A model generated the notes under the pieces. The model did not search any database and had not been told where the DNA came from. It saw nothing but the letters and a program-made list of their open reading frames with translations. The position numbers and the translations under genes were made by a program. Below are positions 39,484-53,648 of a stretch of 64,000 nt of DNA, one piece after another. The DNA lies in NCBI GenBank assembly GCA_964016885.1, contig OZ024741.1, positions 231,756,001 through 231,820,000 on the forward strand, read 5' to 3'. Within the stretch, counting starts at the first letter, position 1. Each line of letters starts with the position of its first letter. Source of the stretch: Eledone cirrhosa. Taxonomy: Eukaryota.

Positions 39484-42400
39484 TCTCTCTCTTTCTATAC
39501 CTCTCTCTTGAAAGGAATCACCCCCCTCTTTCACCCACCATGTTGTTCTCTCCTGATAAGTCTCCGATCTAGAGGTACATTCTTCCATTCATCTCCCAAT
39601 CTCCCAATCTCGGAGGCACAGTAGTTCCCTCTTTCGATTTCGTCATAACTACATCTGGAGATTATGTATTAGCCGTAGTTGCTATTGGAGAGGAAATATC
39701 TTCGCAAATACGTTATTCTATCAGGAATATCACACATCGTCTAACATGTTAACCACATCAAATCGTTTCTTCTTATGTACGCCCGATTCGTTCTACACGT
39801 AACCATGTCAGAAACTTCTGATGTAATCTTTTCAAAATATCACAATTTACTCTGAACAAAGTCAACTCTTTCTGATAAATGGTAAAGAAACTACGTTCTT
39901 GCTATCTCATGTTTGTATGAAAGTTTTACTTTATATCTTAATAATGCGCGGTTTTGGGAATTTGAAATTGATTTTTGAAAGACAAGAAATATTTTCCAAC
40001 GACTAAGTAGTAACAGAACAATTTACAGATGATTTGTGAAAGAGGTTTACCATGTGAAAATATGTGGTATGTCTTCCGAAACAATAATAATTAAATTGGA
40101 ACAATATATTGTAAGATCGAAGTATTGTTCGATCTATTGTTTGACAGGCCTTTTCAACAAATATTATTCGATACTTCATTTCATTTTTCTTGACGACAAC
40201 ATTTTTAATCTACAGAGTTTAGAAATTTAGAAATCTGTAGAAATTACCACTTTTAAATATCCTCACACTCTAAATCCTCCATGGTGATAAAAACAAATAC
40301 AAACAATTATGGATCATCTTAGAGCAATAAACATTAAATCGTAGAGAAGACAATGACATGACCTGGATTTCCAGTTATGTTTAATTTGTTTTCATAATAC
40401 AGTTAATGTAATAACCTCCATTTCTTAATGGTTTCCAGCAAACAAACAACTGATTCACTGATATTAACGTGAAATAATAACAGATCTGTTTTTAACCTTG
40501 AATTTTCGCCATTAAAGTGAGTCAAATTGTTAGAACTACAGATAATAGTTAGGTATGCAATAATTTATTATGAAGAATTAATCATAATTTATCACGAAAC
40601 TCAAATATTGGTGAAGTAATTTAGGAAGGAATTACTAAAGCATGTGAGTCATTAAGAGTTATTGTTCATGGAAACGGACTTACGATCTATCTCATCATAC
40701 AGAACATTTAATATACGGAGAATTAAAGGATATCATTGAATGTTGTCTTTAAATTTCCTGATATATTTATTGTTGTTAATGAATGAACGCAGTAATTACT
40801 CTCTTTTATGTTTAGTCTATATAATTTGAATATATGCACTGAGCCGTAACTATTTTACTTACATTGCAGGAATCCTACTTGTACCCACTCTTACTTATTT
40901 TGTCAATCCAGTTCCCTTTGCAATTAGGTAATAATCCGAACTATTACAAATAGCCTCACCGAGATATTAATTTGTCAATAAATCATAAAACAGAAAAATA
41001 TTTTCTAATTGTGCTAAGAAATCTATACTGAATGAATGCAGGGACATCGCAAATGTCAAAATAGAAATAGTGCTGACAATTAAGAACAATTTTCACAAGC
41101 TGATTTTCTGTATTATCATATATGTTTTCTATACATCGCATCACCCTTTGTCTGATAATGAAACCATATCATAATATTTTGTTATATGAATATGCGGGCG
41201 TTAGTGGATAAGGCTCGCGATCGTAACTTCATTAATTCCATTTCTGGAGCCGTGTCGTGTCATAGAGCAAGACACTTTATTTCATGTTGCTCCAGTCCGC
41301 TTAGATGGAAAAATGAATTGTATCTGAAATTCAAATGTTCAGCTTTGTCATACAATGTATCACACATGATCACCATGAAAATTACATTAAGGGAATTAAT
41401 GTCTGTAGAAAGCTCCATAATTTACAGATTGTTACATATTGGACAAAATAGAACACTCGTCAAAGGAACAAACATAATTCTTTGAAACTTTGTCAGCAGA
41501 CAGAAGCAGTTCTTTTATTTTTAAGCCTGGCTTTCCAACTTTTGCTATTATAAGAGTTATATTACATGCACAAAGCAGACACCGTTTTGAAAATGACAAA
41601 TTGGTGCTAAGTTTATTTTTCTTTTGTTTTGCGAATTTTCTTTCGAAATTAATTCTTACGGTTTAAAAAAAATATTTGACTGTTTTCTCTACTTCCATTG
41701 CATATATTTATAACACATAACGACCGTGTATTCTGTCCATCATGACGAACTTTCTATAGATTCTGTAAAAATCTGTAACGATCTACGTTACTGTTTACTA
41801 AAAACAATATCAAATACATACTTGTGTGAGACAAATAAGCATTAGAGAGTGGTCATAGTTTCAGCCAAACTAAAGAATGGACTGTTTTCGATCGTTATTG
41901 ACTTTACAGTAGCACCGACATTATAGAGGTAGTCGGTTCCTCGATATATACTTGGGTCTTCTCTATTCTATGCTGTATTTGTCATTGTGGTGAGGTTCAA
42001 AAGTTCGACTATATTCACAATTAATTGTAGCGTTGTATTAGCTGGTGGGTATTTTGTATTATGGTATATCGCAATATTTTCGTTCATGGATTCAGTTGTT
42101 TAAGGTCATTCTTCAAAACTTCGTCACATGTATGTTATACAACCATTACTGGTTAAACAAATAGGTAACTATATCTAATATAATTTTACATACGTCTTGA
42201 AAGACATTTCAGGAAACATCGTAATGAAATTGTTGTCCCACATAAAATCATACCGTAAGGTAAGTGACACTAATTTTCTGACAAATGTAACGGACTTTGA
42301 TGAAGGTCTTATGGAATTTTATTAAGTTTAGAGCAGATTGATACAAAAGCCCTGTCATTGTATTAGTGCTGTGCACACATGTGAAAGCCCGAAAACACAT

Positions 42401-43332
42401 TGGCTCAATCTACTTGATTGGCATGTCACAGCATAAATCAACAAGGGTTCCTCTATCTTGACACTCGGATTTCAAGAAACAATATCACAATCATTCTCGG
42501 GGCGTGGACTTAACCATGTGAAAATCTCATAGATATATTATAATGAAGACGGAATCATAAGGACCGCCAACAATCGACTGACTCTGGAAATCACCTACCA
42601 GTTAAAAAAATGAGTATCCACATTTCAGGTCCATTAATTCATTGTGTTCTTTCGATTCTCCAAGATTTCTTATGTGGTTAACCTAATTCTTCTAGAATCT
42701 CTCCTCAAGCATAAATTTCTATTGAGGTAAATATGATCATAAAATATATTCATATTCTTTCAACTTAAGTATGACATTTACATTCTTCTTTCTAAACAGT
42801 CATAGAATTGTGGGGTTAATGCGATTGTTCCTCAGTTTAATGATAGCACCTGCACTTGTCTAAGAACACTTTAATCTAAGAACACAAAAAGTAGTAAAAT
42901 TAATCGGCCGCACAGTTTAACAACAGCTCCTGGCTTTTAGATGAATTTAGTCTTGCTAAACACACTTTTAGTTGTTGGCTTGATCCTTCTTTCCAGAGAT
43001 ACACAAAATATGGTGATACATTGCGACCAGCAATGATTAAGCCAGAAGTGTCGCTACAAACAATTGTTGATCACCTGTATTAAATATGCTCACTTTATGA
43101 AACAAAGTTATTTTCATTGTCAACAACACTTTCATATAGTGAAGGATTTTGCAAAAATATTTATATCTATACATCCTATCAAAATGTTAATATTGATCTA
43201 TCAGTAACTAACAGTAATATTTTAAACCAGTGAAAACTAGAGTAAAACATATATCAATTAGGTTTGTTATATATATTTTTAAAAGTGACACCAGTGTGTT
43301 GTTTGATAATATTTCGTTTCTATATTTCTCAG

Positions 43333-43458
43333 GGCGACAAGATTTCAAATGAATTGATTTTAACACATTCACCGAAGCCTGATGCAGCCAATGAATTCTT
43401 CAAAGTCTTATTCCAAAGCCGATGTCAAGCTATAGTTGCTTTCCTAAAGTCAAATCAG
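43333..43458 (+). CDS. Receptor-type PTP-like gene, D2 exon
   Basis: tctcag|GGC...CAG|gtatgg, 126 nt, phase 0->0. Encodes GDKISNELILTHSPKPDAANEFFKVLFQSRCQAIVAFLKSNQ, matching FIxTQxPxxxTxxDFWxxxxxxxCxxIV. Confidence 0.82.
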
Positions 43459-45341
43459 GTATGGCTGAACATATAGTAAATAGTCCCAGCAACTGCGTAG
43501 AAATATTTAAATCAGCCATTAGGTTGAAGCTATTTTAATTTACTAGTATCACGAATAATCTTGGTAATGGCGTACAGCAAATTGAATGTTCAGCAAGAAC
43601 AAATCATACATTAGCTGTGTTGGTGGTTATACTAGATTCATATAATTAGTAAATACAGATTGATATAAATATAGTTTTCTGGGAGGTAATGATGGCAGAT
43701 TAAACAAAATGAAGTAACATAACAAAAACAAAACAATATACAGAGTCTAGGACATGTCATTAGCGTTAAATCTTTGAATAAGTTGGTGGTTTGGGACTTA
43801 CATTATGCATACACGTCCAAATGACTCATCCTAGGTTAATCTAGCCTCAATCTGTGCCCAAGTGGCACCCCAAATCATATTCTTCAGCCAAAGTCATCTT
43901 GGTGCCATTTCTGATGCTTCCATTGTTTTCGTGGTTCTCCTCATTTTTCCTCTCGTAAATAGAAAGCAAATATTTATTATATGAACTATGTTTAAACATT
44001 ATTTGCAGAGGAACTTAGTTTTAAAAGACCACTGTCAGAATTAAGATGAATCCCATAAATACTAGTATAATCCTATGGTTCATTAAATAAATCCTTCTAA
44101 AGAGGACATTCAACTATTATATCTCATATAATGGAAATATTGTTTCGATATGATTTTGGCAGGCATGAACAATATTCAGAGACGACCATCCACATATCTT
44201 AATATACCTCCAAATCATGATGTTAAGAGCAATTACCAAACCCTTATTAAACTATGCTTTTTCCTTAGAATTAACGCATAAATATATGTATGTATAGGTT
44301 GGACACCGCCCATGAGAATGTAGTTAGTCAAAACATAAATTTCCTTGCACAAAGACATAAATAATACGACTAACCTTGTTGTGTGGTTCAGAATTTGACT
44401 TCAAAAGAACGTCTCGTTTCACGTCATATCCCACTACCCAGTTCCTAATGTAAATATATGCTATCATTGCCTCAGTTCAACCACAGACATATGAACGAAA
44501 TGTGGTATAATGAAACCTGTCGGAAGATATTTTCCTGTTTGTTAGACAGCAAAGGTTTTAACGCTAATCCTTATATGTTCTTGAGTTTACTCTGACACCA
44601 TCATTCAGGCATTGTTTCTGCTCTGACAAAGTTTTGTTCCCTATCCCTATCTCATACACATCGACGAGGACAGGAAATAGTTAATGAGCGCTGTCATTCC
44701 TTCTCAAACAATGGCATATGTACCTGTAGACTAGAAAGGAAAACAAAAGCAATTAGACACCATCTATGGGAATTATTAAGAATATGAGAAGATAACGAAA
44801 GCAGATAACAAAGAGAAAATAACAAAAAGAAAATATAAAGACATAAAACGCCGAATCAAGTATATTACAGCTTAAACAATTATAGATTAAAAAATGTACT
44901 CCTTTACAGAATCATTCATTTACCATATATTGTATTTTTCCTGAGGAGTCAAGGAGTGGGTGGCAGTGTACATTTCCTTTTGTCAGATATCTGTGACAGT
45001 CAAAAGTGGAAGGTAGGGAAGTATTTCAACTTAAACTTGAGATCTGGCCAGAATGGTTATAGCACAAGTACTTTGTTAAATGAAACAAAAAAAAAGGGTG
45101 ACGAAATGGCAGTAATGATAAATCACCAGATTAAATGTAGTTCATTATCTTGGGATCAACGTTTCCTGTCACTCCTATTGTGTCGATAATATACACACTG
45201 TTTATAGGAGTCAATATATTAGATATACCACATGCCTTTAAAAATTTGATTACTTGCGTAACTGAAATAAATGCAACTTTACTGATAAAACCTACACTCA
45301 TGAGAGACTTAGCTATTGATTATATTATTATTTCTTTAAAG

Positions 45342-45479
45342 GATGTACTTTTCTATCTTCCAAACAAACCAAACTGCCAAGTTGATTATGGAAACTTCAG
45401 AATAGCACTCTTGACACTCGGAGATTTGAAGGAGACGTATGTGCATAGAAAGTTAAGGTTATGTCGTAATTTAAAAAAG
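45342..45479 (+). CDS. Receptor-type PTP-like gene, D2 exon (YxP...YG)
   Basis: tttaaag|GAT...AAG|gtaaga, 138 nt, phase 0->0. Encodes DVLFYLPNKPNCQVDYGNFRIALLTLGDLKETYVHRKLRLCRNLKK. Confidence 0.82.
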
Positions 45480-45723
45480 GTAAGAGAACATTAATATGCT
45501 CAACAACAATAGTTGCATCACTATCGATGACAATATAATCGCTGCAACATTTATGACATTATTTTTTTAAAAAAACATATATCATTATCAGTGAACAATG
45601 GTTGACAACGTAGTTTAGTTACCAGAAGTGAGAACAACTGACTCGAATATTTTATGATTATGTTTTGTTTACCTTTTTCAAATTATTGACACATATTTTT
45701 AAGGGATTATTATTGTTTTGCAG

Positions 45724-45872
45724 AAACGTGAACTCCTTATAATAGATCACTTCGAAGTAACAATATGGCAAGGAGATTTCTACCCACCACCTGATGAGAT
45801 AGTGTCATTTATATCTTTCTTAAGTAGTAAACAAAGATATCAGGAATGCCAGAAAATCATAGTACATGACAG
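45724..45872 (+). CDS. Receptor-type PTP-like gene, D2 exon (ends IIVHD)
   Basis: ttgcag|AAA...GACAG|gtaatt, 149 nt, phase 0->2. Encodes KRELLIIDHFEVTIWQGDFYPPPDEIVSFISFLSSKQRYQECQKIIVHD. Confidence 0.85.
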
Positions 45873-45884
45873 GTAATTAATTAT

Positions 45885-46065
45885 TTTGCAGTATCGGTAG
45901 AGGGACAGACACCATGCTTTGACGCATAGAGTTACGGCCCTTGCCATTCTGTGTTCAAATTCCGCCGAGGTTAACTTTGCCTTTCATCCTTACGGAGTCG
46001 ATAAAATAAAGTACCAGTAATGCAATGGGTAATTGCTGGCCTTGTGCCAAACGTAGAAACAATTA
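45885..46065 (+). mobile_element. SINE just downstream of a splice donor
   Basis: Near-full copy of the 53649 SINE, with B box gttcaaattcc. Confidence 0.9.
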
Positions 46066-46446
46066 TACATTTAGTACAACGTTTATTAATTTAATTTGAC
46101 AATATATGCATTTCAATAAAATAAGTACATGATACAATTTATTGTAAGCCTGAAACATTCATTTTTTTCTCCGATAATTTAATTTAAAAGAAAGCTTCAT
46201 TCAAATGTGACCGATATATTCCAAAAACGAAGGTAAACATTTGAAAATCTGGCGCCAATTATCAATTATCAAATATATACATCTAATATAATAATTCTTT
46301 CAAATTCCTAATACTTTTATTCAAATTATACTTATGTTCTGAAGATGACGGTAGTTATCAGAAAAATTGATGCTTTTTGTCGTCTGATAGCCCTAAACAA
46401 ATAGAAAAAGTCCCACCCATTGTGTAATCAATTTTTCTTTTTACAG

Positions 46447-46582
46447 TGAAGGAGGGAAGAAAGGTAGTCTATTTTGTGTACTGTGCAATATTGTGAATAC
46501 AATGGCAAATGAATCATCCATAAATATTGCCAAAATCATTCGTTTAATGAAGAAAAGATATCCCCACGTTATAAACGATCAT
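46447..46582 (+). CDS. Receptor-type PTP-like gene, D2 P-loop exon
   Basis: ttacag|T...CAT|gtaagt, 136 nt, phase 2->0, mirroring the D1 exon at 36168. Encodes SEGGKKGSLFCVLCNIVNTMANESSINIAKIIRLMKKRYPHVINDH. Confidence 0.88.
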
Positions 46583-46795
46583 GTAAGTGAAACCATTTGA
46601 ATATATATTGCAATATATAGATTGATTTTACGGATATTTCTCCGTGTAGGACATTTTATAATTTGTGTTAAGTTGTTTACGTTGTATTTGAATCAATATT
46701 AGAGATACATAAACATTTTGAATACAATTTAATCTCAAACATGATATTAGGGACAGAGAGAGAAAGTGTGTGTGAGAGAGAGGGGGTATATATAT

Positions 46796-46879
<84 letters not shown>

Positions 46880-47563
46880 TGTGTCTCTGTGTGTGAGATC
46901 AGATGCAGAATACACTATGTTTGATAAAATGTCCGTTACGAAACGTAAATTAGAGATTTTGAATTTTCGTACATGGCAACGCTTCCAAACGCACACACAC
47001 ATTCACACACACATGCACATATACACTATCATCATCATCATCATCACAATCGTTGTTGTTGCTATCATCCATTTTACGTACTATTTCTGCTGAAAGAATG
47101 TTTCTGTCAAGTCCCTACTGATTCAGTTTTAAGCATCAGGTTGCCAGGTCTTATATTATGGAGAACGTAAATAAACAGAAATGTCCTGGAGACTCTGTCT
47201 TAATAAGCAACCACTTTTGACATTAAATTCCTAACTAAACGCATAAGTGATTCTAATTTTACATGCGACTCCCTCTTTTTTGGTACAAATCTTGCGAGCT
47301 CAGCAGAATATTCTCTCACAGTATTTTACAAGTCAACGAAAACTACATATAGTGGGTTATATATGGCTAGGAAGTCCACTTATAGTCGTAGGAACCTCTC
47401 GTCCTTTCACTTGCATATCATGATTCATTAAGTTTATGATTCCATAGTTGGCCCTTCAGGACCATCAGAATTTTCACCGAATATACTGCTAAGACTTTCA
47501 TTTTGTATGTCTCCATCATATACTAAACACACAAACACACACACAAACGCATATGTATTGATG

Positions 47564-47608
<45 letters not shown>

Positions 47609-47674
47609 GTTATTCCGGGTTGAATCGGAGGTAACCACAGTAAGTAAGGTACTCAATACATAGCAGAGTATAAC

Positions 47675-47773
47675 AGTTTTAATATAGAAGAGATTCTACA
47701 GGACTAGAACTGTTTCCTGATGATTTCTAATGAATGAAACAGTTCTAGTCCTGTAGAATCTCATCTATATTAA

Positions 47774-47778
<5 letters not shown>
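47675..47778. repeat. Hairpin with a CTGATGA..GAAA motif at its apex; related copy at 7451-7530
   Basis: agttttaatatagaagagattctacaggactagaactgtttc / gaaacagttctagtcctgtagaatctcatctatattaaaact. Confidence 0.85.
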
Positions 47779-47827
<49 letters not shown>

Positions 47828-47946
47828 ATGTATACATATATTGAGACAGAGAACAAGAGAGACCACATTCCAACACCTATAAATTTAACAACATACTGTC
47901 GTACATTACTTTGTTTCTGGACTGAATATATTTTTATCTCTTACAG

Positions 47947-48015
47947 AATGCCTATCGTTATTGCTGGGACGTTGCGAATTATTACTGCGATATATTTCAA
48001 CCGGATACCAATTGA
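47947..48015 (+). CDS. Receptor-type PTP-like gene, terminal coding exon
   Basis: ttacag|AAT. Encodes NAYRYCWDVANYYCDIFQPDTN*, matching the PTP terminal helix EQYxFCYxxxxEY. Confidence 0.85.
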   Translation, partial: NAYRYCWDVANYYCDIFQPDTN

Positions 48016-48022
48016 TCGAAGG

Positions 48023-48028
48023 AATAAA
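48023..48028 (+). terminator. Candidate polyadenylation signal AATAAA
   Basis: First AATAAA after the stop codon. The hexamer is common in AT-rich DNA, so support is weak. Confidence 0.35.
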
Positions 48029-48565
48029 TGTCAGGGATTAAACCTTTTAGAAATCCTTAATTTTTCTTCTATCCCGCAGTATTTCTAAACGTTTATCGAT
48101 CGTATCTATATATCATGAATATTAAATATCTTTTCGCATATAGAAATTGTTAATTATGACCCTGCATGAATATAGTAGAGCTTTGTGGACTTAAAATCAG
48201 TTACTGCTATCTTGTCACTCACTGTAAGCTATAAACGTCTCACCAAAAGTAAATGTGGAATTGTAACTTTAATTAGGGAGAAGCTTCTTCCTAAAATAGT
48301 ATAAAAAATATGTTTATAAGAATTGAACAACTGATTTAAATCATTTGTATATATATATTCACACAATCAAACATTTGATAAACGCCCATACCCTTGTTGT
48401 ATGGCAACGAATATTTTTATGAACAATTATAACTAAACGAAATTCATAAAAGAATAGCAGGGCATAAATACATACACATACGCACATTCACTTATATTTT
48501 ATACATACATACACGAGCGCATACATACATACATACTAACATATATATGCACACACACACACACG

Positions 48566-48628
<63 letters not shown>

Positions 48629-48668
48629 TACCCCCCCCCCCCCCACACACACACATACCCCCCCCCCC

Positions 48669-48703
<35 letters not shown>

Positions 48704-49175
48704 GGTTAAATATTGTTGTCTCTTCTGTCAGAGAGGAAACGAGTATATATTTTAATTCATGGATAAAGGTGAAGTCACGTCGCTGGAGCAGCTGTAAATC
48801 AGCTAATTGTTCTCAATGAAAACGATGGGGGGAAAATGTCTTCGCGGACAGAGAGCAGAGACAAGTTTTGGGCAGAGAGGGACAATCCAAAACCTGGGTG
48901 ACAGGCAGATGAAATATAGAATATATTGAGTAAGGAGAACAAGGAGAAGAATGTTGGCGTATAGAAGTGACTGGAAGATGGATATATAGATGGAATATAT
49001 TAAATATCTTGCATCGTGGAACAGAAAGATAATTGTTTTCTTCTGGTACGATGTATGGGTGTGATACCAGCAGAAAGATTGTTTACAATATTTTCTTTAA
49101 TTATCATCTATCATATATCCACTAAGCAATAACATTGTTTTATCTAACTACCTATCATTCTGAATGTCTGCTTTG

Positions 49176-49244
<69 letters not shown>

Positions 49245-49389
49245 TCTCTCTCTCTCTCTTTATCTAAATATGTATCGAACTATCTACCGACCTAGTTAGT
49301 TAGCTACCTACCTATATAGCCAACTTATTACATATATACCAACGTCTCTATCTATCTACCTATCTACCTATATATCGATCAATCTATCA

Positions 49390-52300
49390 TTTCGGTGCTT
49401 TTCAAAAGGGAGGCACTTGCGAAAAAATACTCAGTGATCCCGGTCACCTCTGCCACACACACCTTTTTCCCTACATACATGGGAAAAAGAACACAAAGAA
49501 CAAACATCACCAATATACCACCCAACATTAACATCTGGTGGATTCTGGCAGGGTTCTTGGGGGAGGATGAAGACACAATACTGTCGATTCAAAAATCCAC
49601 AAGAAACACCTGGAACGGCACAAGCTTGGAAATCTTGGTCCAAATGAAGCCGGACAGAATTTTCAAGATACCAGAAAGGGTAGCCAGTAGATAATACAAA
49701 CTATATCCACATTTCGGTAGAAGTAGGAGGCCACATTCTTTTAAATGCGCAAGCACATCACATTTAAAGGCCTCCTGTCCCCTCTTACGAACAAACACCA
49801 CCAGCCCACAAAATGTACTTTTACCAACACCAGCTCCAAAGCCACAACAAGAACAGAAACACACAAAACAAGCAAACACACAAAAACAAACAACTGATCA
49901 ACCACAAACAACAGAAAAAACACAAACAATCCCCTGAAAAACACAATCCCACCCCATCCTACTCCATCCAACACTGCCACAATCACACACACACAAACAC
50001 ACCACCACCACACAACATACCCCTCCCACACGCCCCAGATGACGATTCATCACCAGACAAGGCTACTTCTCCATCCCAAGTGAAGATGAAGGAGAGCCTC
50101 GGAAATCAATAAAACCAAAAAAGAGACACCGCAAAGCCACAAAAACAACAATCACCAACACGAACACACAACCACAAGCACAAACAACAACACAAACACC
50201 ACCACAATTAAACTTCTCCCTTCCAGCAAAACAAACACCAACACCACCCCAAACACGAATGCCCACCATAAAAAGAAAAGTACAAAATGAACAACAAACC
50301 AAAACAACACAACAAAAAAAAACAACAATACACATACATTAACACAAACAACAAAAGTTTGATGGAGGTCATCTCACAGGAACCCAAAGTGGAAACTGAG
50401 GGGAAAACATTTGTCAGAGCAGACTCTCAACCACACCTAAAACTAATAAGGGTTCCGATAGAAACCTATCAGAAATTGAAAGAACAGTTTTCACAGGACG
50501 TTGGCAACCCCTGCCAAAAACCAATAAACCGTGTCCTGTTGAAATGTTTCCCTACCCAACTCAACACCCCCACCAGAACTGAAATGAAGATTGAAAAACC
50601 CGATCTTCAGGAAACGAAAAGGTAAGTGCACCTTTTCGTCCTTTTCGCCAACTCTTTTCCACCAACATGGCTGACTTACGAGTTGGAAGCGTGAATGTGC
50701 GTGGCCTGGGGATGCCCTGGAAACAGGGCCAACTTTTAAACGACCTTCGGTCACACGGTATAGATGTAATAGCCATCACCGAGTCCAGGACCCTCAACAG
50801 GCAGCAACTAACCCCCATCTTCAATAACTTTGAGATCTACGCATCTCCCTGTCAGCCAAGAGACGGAGAGGGAGTGACTGTCATATTTTGGAAAAACCTG
50901 GATCTCGAAGTACCCGGAGGGTAGACTGGTAGGCCTAGACGTGAACAGTATTGTAGGTGGAGCCTTCAGCTGGTGGCCGTTTATGCCCCGACCGGGCAAT
51001 CACAATCGCGGCCAGAATTCTTTAAGCGTCTAGAGTCTTTTCTGGGAACGTCTCGCTCCTAGCTTTTAGTGGGGGACTGGAATGGTATCCTATATGCACG
51101 ATGGGACTATATTGTAGCATGCCCCAGTAGATCGGGATGCAACAGCCTTAAATATATAATCGGACAATTCCAACTGGCCGATAGATATCGACTAGGTTTA
51201 CCGACTGCACAACAGTGGACGTAGGCAAACCGCAGCGGGACATCTAGATCGTATCTAGGTAGGATTTTCATTAGAGAGAAGGACAAGAAGATGTTAAGCT
51301 GTCCACAAATGCACATGGTTGCCTATTCAGATCACAAACTAGTCGTCTACATAGTCAACCGTGATAGAATACATAGACAAGGACACGGATACCTGAATAT
51401 GAACGAGTCGTTGCCGACACGAAAAGCCTACAGTGAACGGATAAGTAGATTAGTTAAGTAAGAGTTCACGGGAGCCATCGTCAGCAAAAGATGGTGGTAC
51501 TCTCTCAAGATAGCAATTAGAGTAGAATCGATAGGGTTTAGAAGAGGATTAGCTTTAGAGAAAAACAAATCAGAAACAGTACTAGTAGGTAACGTAGAAG
51601 AGGCGCTTAGGAGTGGCAACGCAGCTAGAGTGCTATTATCGATAACGGCACTGGACCAGTTCTTTGACGCGAAACACGAAGGCTGCGTGGTCGGTCAGAA
51701 GTAAATCTCGTGCTCTAGGAAACGAGGGAGCAAAAGCTGTTAGCTGGGCCCGAGTGGTGGAAGCGAGAAGTGGCAACAAGTCCACGATTCTGGGCCGCTG
51801 CGGGAAACGCAAATCACCCGGTCTAGATGGTCTACCCTGTGAGTTTTACACAGGCATGCCGGACTTGTCCTCTGGCGTCCTCGAAGCCGTCTACTGCATT
51901 TGGAAGCAGAACGAGACAATTCCCAGTTCTGCAGGCAAGGGCGTAGTAACGCTGATCAGGAAGGACGACAACAAACAATTTCAACACAAAAGATATTGGC
52001 CAAGGCGCTAGCAACGAGGCTGGCGCTTGTCGTCGAAAACCTGGTAGGGAAAACACAAACGTGTGCAATCCCGACAAGGTCCATACACGACAACCTACAC
52101 CTCATGCGATACATCATAGAGAAGGTGGGGTGTAAACCCGGCTTCGGTGGGGCTCTGATCAATTTAGATCAGTCTAAGGCATTCGATAAGGTCGACCATC
52201 AATACTTGGAAGCAGTTCTCAAGGCGGCCGGTTTTGGTCCCATTTTCAGAGGCTGGATCAAGGCGATGCACACCAGCTTCTGCTTGAAGGTCAATGTGAA

Positions 52301-53490
52301 CGGCTACCTATCGGAGGCGTTCGCAATCAGGCGTTACATTTGACAGGGATGCTCTCTCTCCTCCATTCGGTACATATTGACTCTAGAGCCATTACTGTGT
52401 AAGTTGGAGCTTATGCAGGGCATCCCTTTAGAACAGGGGCTTCGAAAAGCGGCGTCGGCTTATGCCGATGACATGACGGTAATGATGTCGAAAACCTCGG
52501 AACATAAAGGTAATCGGCAACCTACTACAGGAATATGAAAGGTTCACAGGAGCAAAACTGAATCCGGACTAGTCTGTCGGTCTGCAACTCGGAACGTGGA
52601 GAGGCAAACCGATGCCGTCCGACAGCGTCGTCAGACGCTGGACGGTAGGACCAGTGAAATTGCTCGGGGTCTGGTTCGGTCCAGACCTCCAGGTGGAGAA
52701 AAACTGGAACGAGGTCATGACCAAGGTATTTGCGCTTACCCAGAAGTAGGCAGAGTGCAAACTGTCTTTGTAAGGTCGAGCAGAGGTGGCGAACACTTTC
52801 ATAGCGTCCGTCATCTACTACCGCTTGACTGTCATGCCTTGTCCCCGTGAATAGCTCACCAAGATGGAACGGATGCTCTTCCAGTTCCTGTGAAGAAGCA
52901 GGCTCAACTGGTGAGGAGATCCGTCTGCTGTCAACACCCTTCCAACGGAGGGCTGGGCATGCCGTGACTAATGATGCACAAACATGCCCTGAGGCTACGG
53001 CATCTCCAGTTATTCCTCACCGATCAACATGTGTGGGCACCGTTTGTGAGACAGGCCTTCCCACAAATTGTCTCGCTGACGGAACTGCAGTCCTAGGTCA
53101 AGCGAAGACCGAAGAAGATGGGCCCCTGGCACGTTGATGTGCCCAGGCGCTCACAGCCCTCTGTCAAGCAGGCACAGCAATCAGTGGCGACTCCACTTCG
53201 ACATTCTATAGAGGGTTAGTACTCTACAAGTGCGACGGTGTGCTCAGGGAGTCTCTAGGCGTCGAAGACGACGAGCTCACCAGTCTGTTCGGTAGGACTT
53301 TCCTCCCGGGACCTAAGGACAACTTCCAGAGGTCCCTGGCCTGGCAATGCTACCGAGGAGCTCTACCCGTTCGAGATAAGATCTACAGGCACTGACGCCC
53401 CGGCAGGAATCCTTCCAATACGCCGTGTCCAAAATGCGAGCTAAACATTGAAACCGTCTTGCACGCAATTGTACACTGCTCGGGCGTAAA
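49390..53490 (+). mobile_element. Near full-length Tx1/L1-clade LINE, pseudogenised
   Basis: ORF1 with zinc-knuckle remnant (SFKCASTSHLKASCP). APE: MADLRVGSVNVRGL..IAITE, GDWN, SDHK. RT: KSPGLDGLP, KILAKALATRL, LDQSKAFDKVDH, AYADD. C-terminal CPKC..ETVLH..C. Many stops and frameshifts. Confidence 0.92.
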
Positions 53491-53648
53491 TTTAAGAATG
53501 TAAAAATACCTCTTCAAAATATAGTTTTAATATATTTTATTCGTAAGTATACAGATAATCTAGAGTACTTCCAATGTAATAATATCAATCAGCTGGGTGA
53601 AGTCAACAAAATAAACGTTAAAATGTTGTTATTATTTATAATTAATCA

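Noticed and set aside
42997-43076. Candidate D2 exon RYTKYGDTLRPAMIKPEVSLQTIVDH
   Set aside because: The acceptor is good, but the available donor gives phase 2, incompatible with the phase-0 exon at 43333, and PTP similarity is weak.
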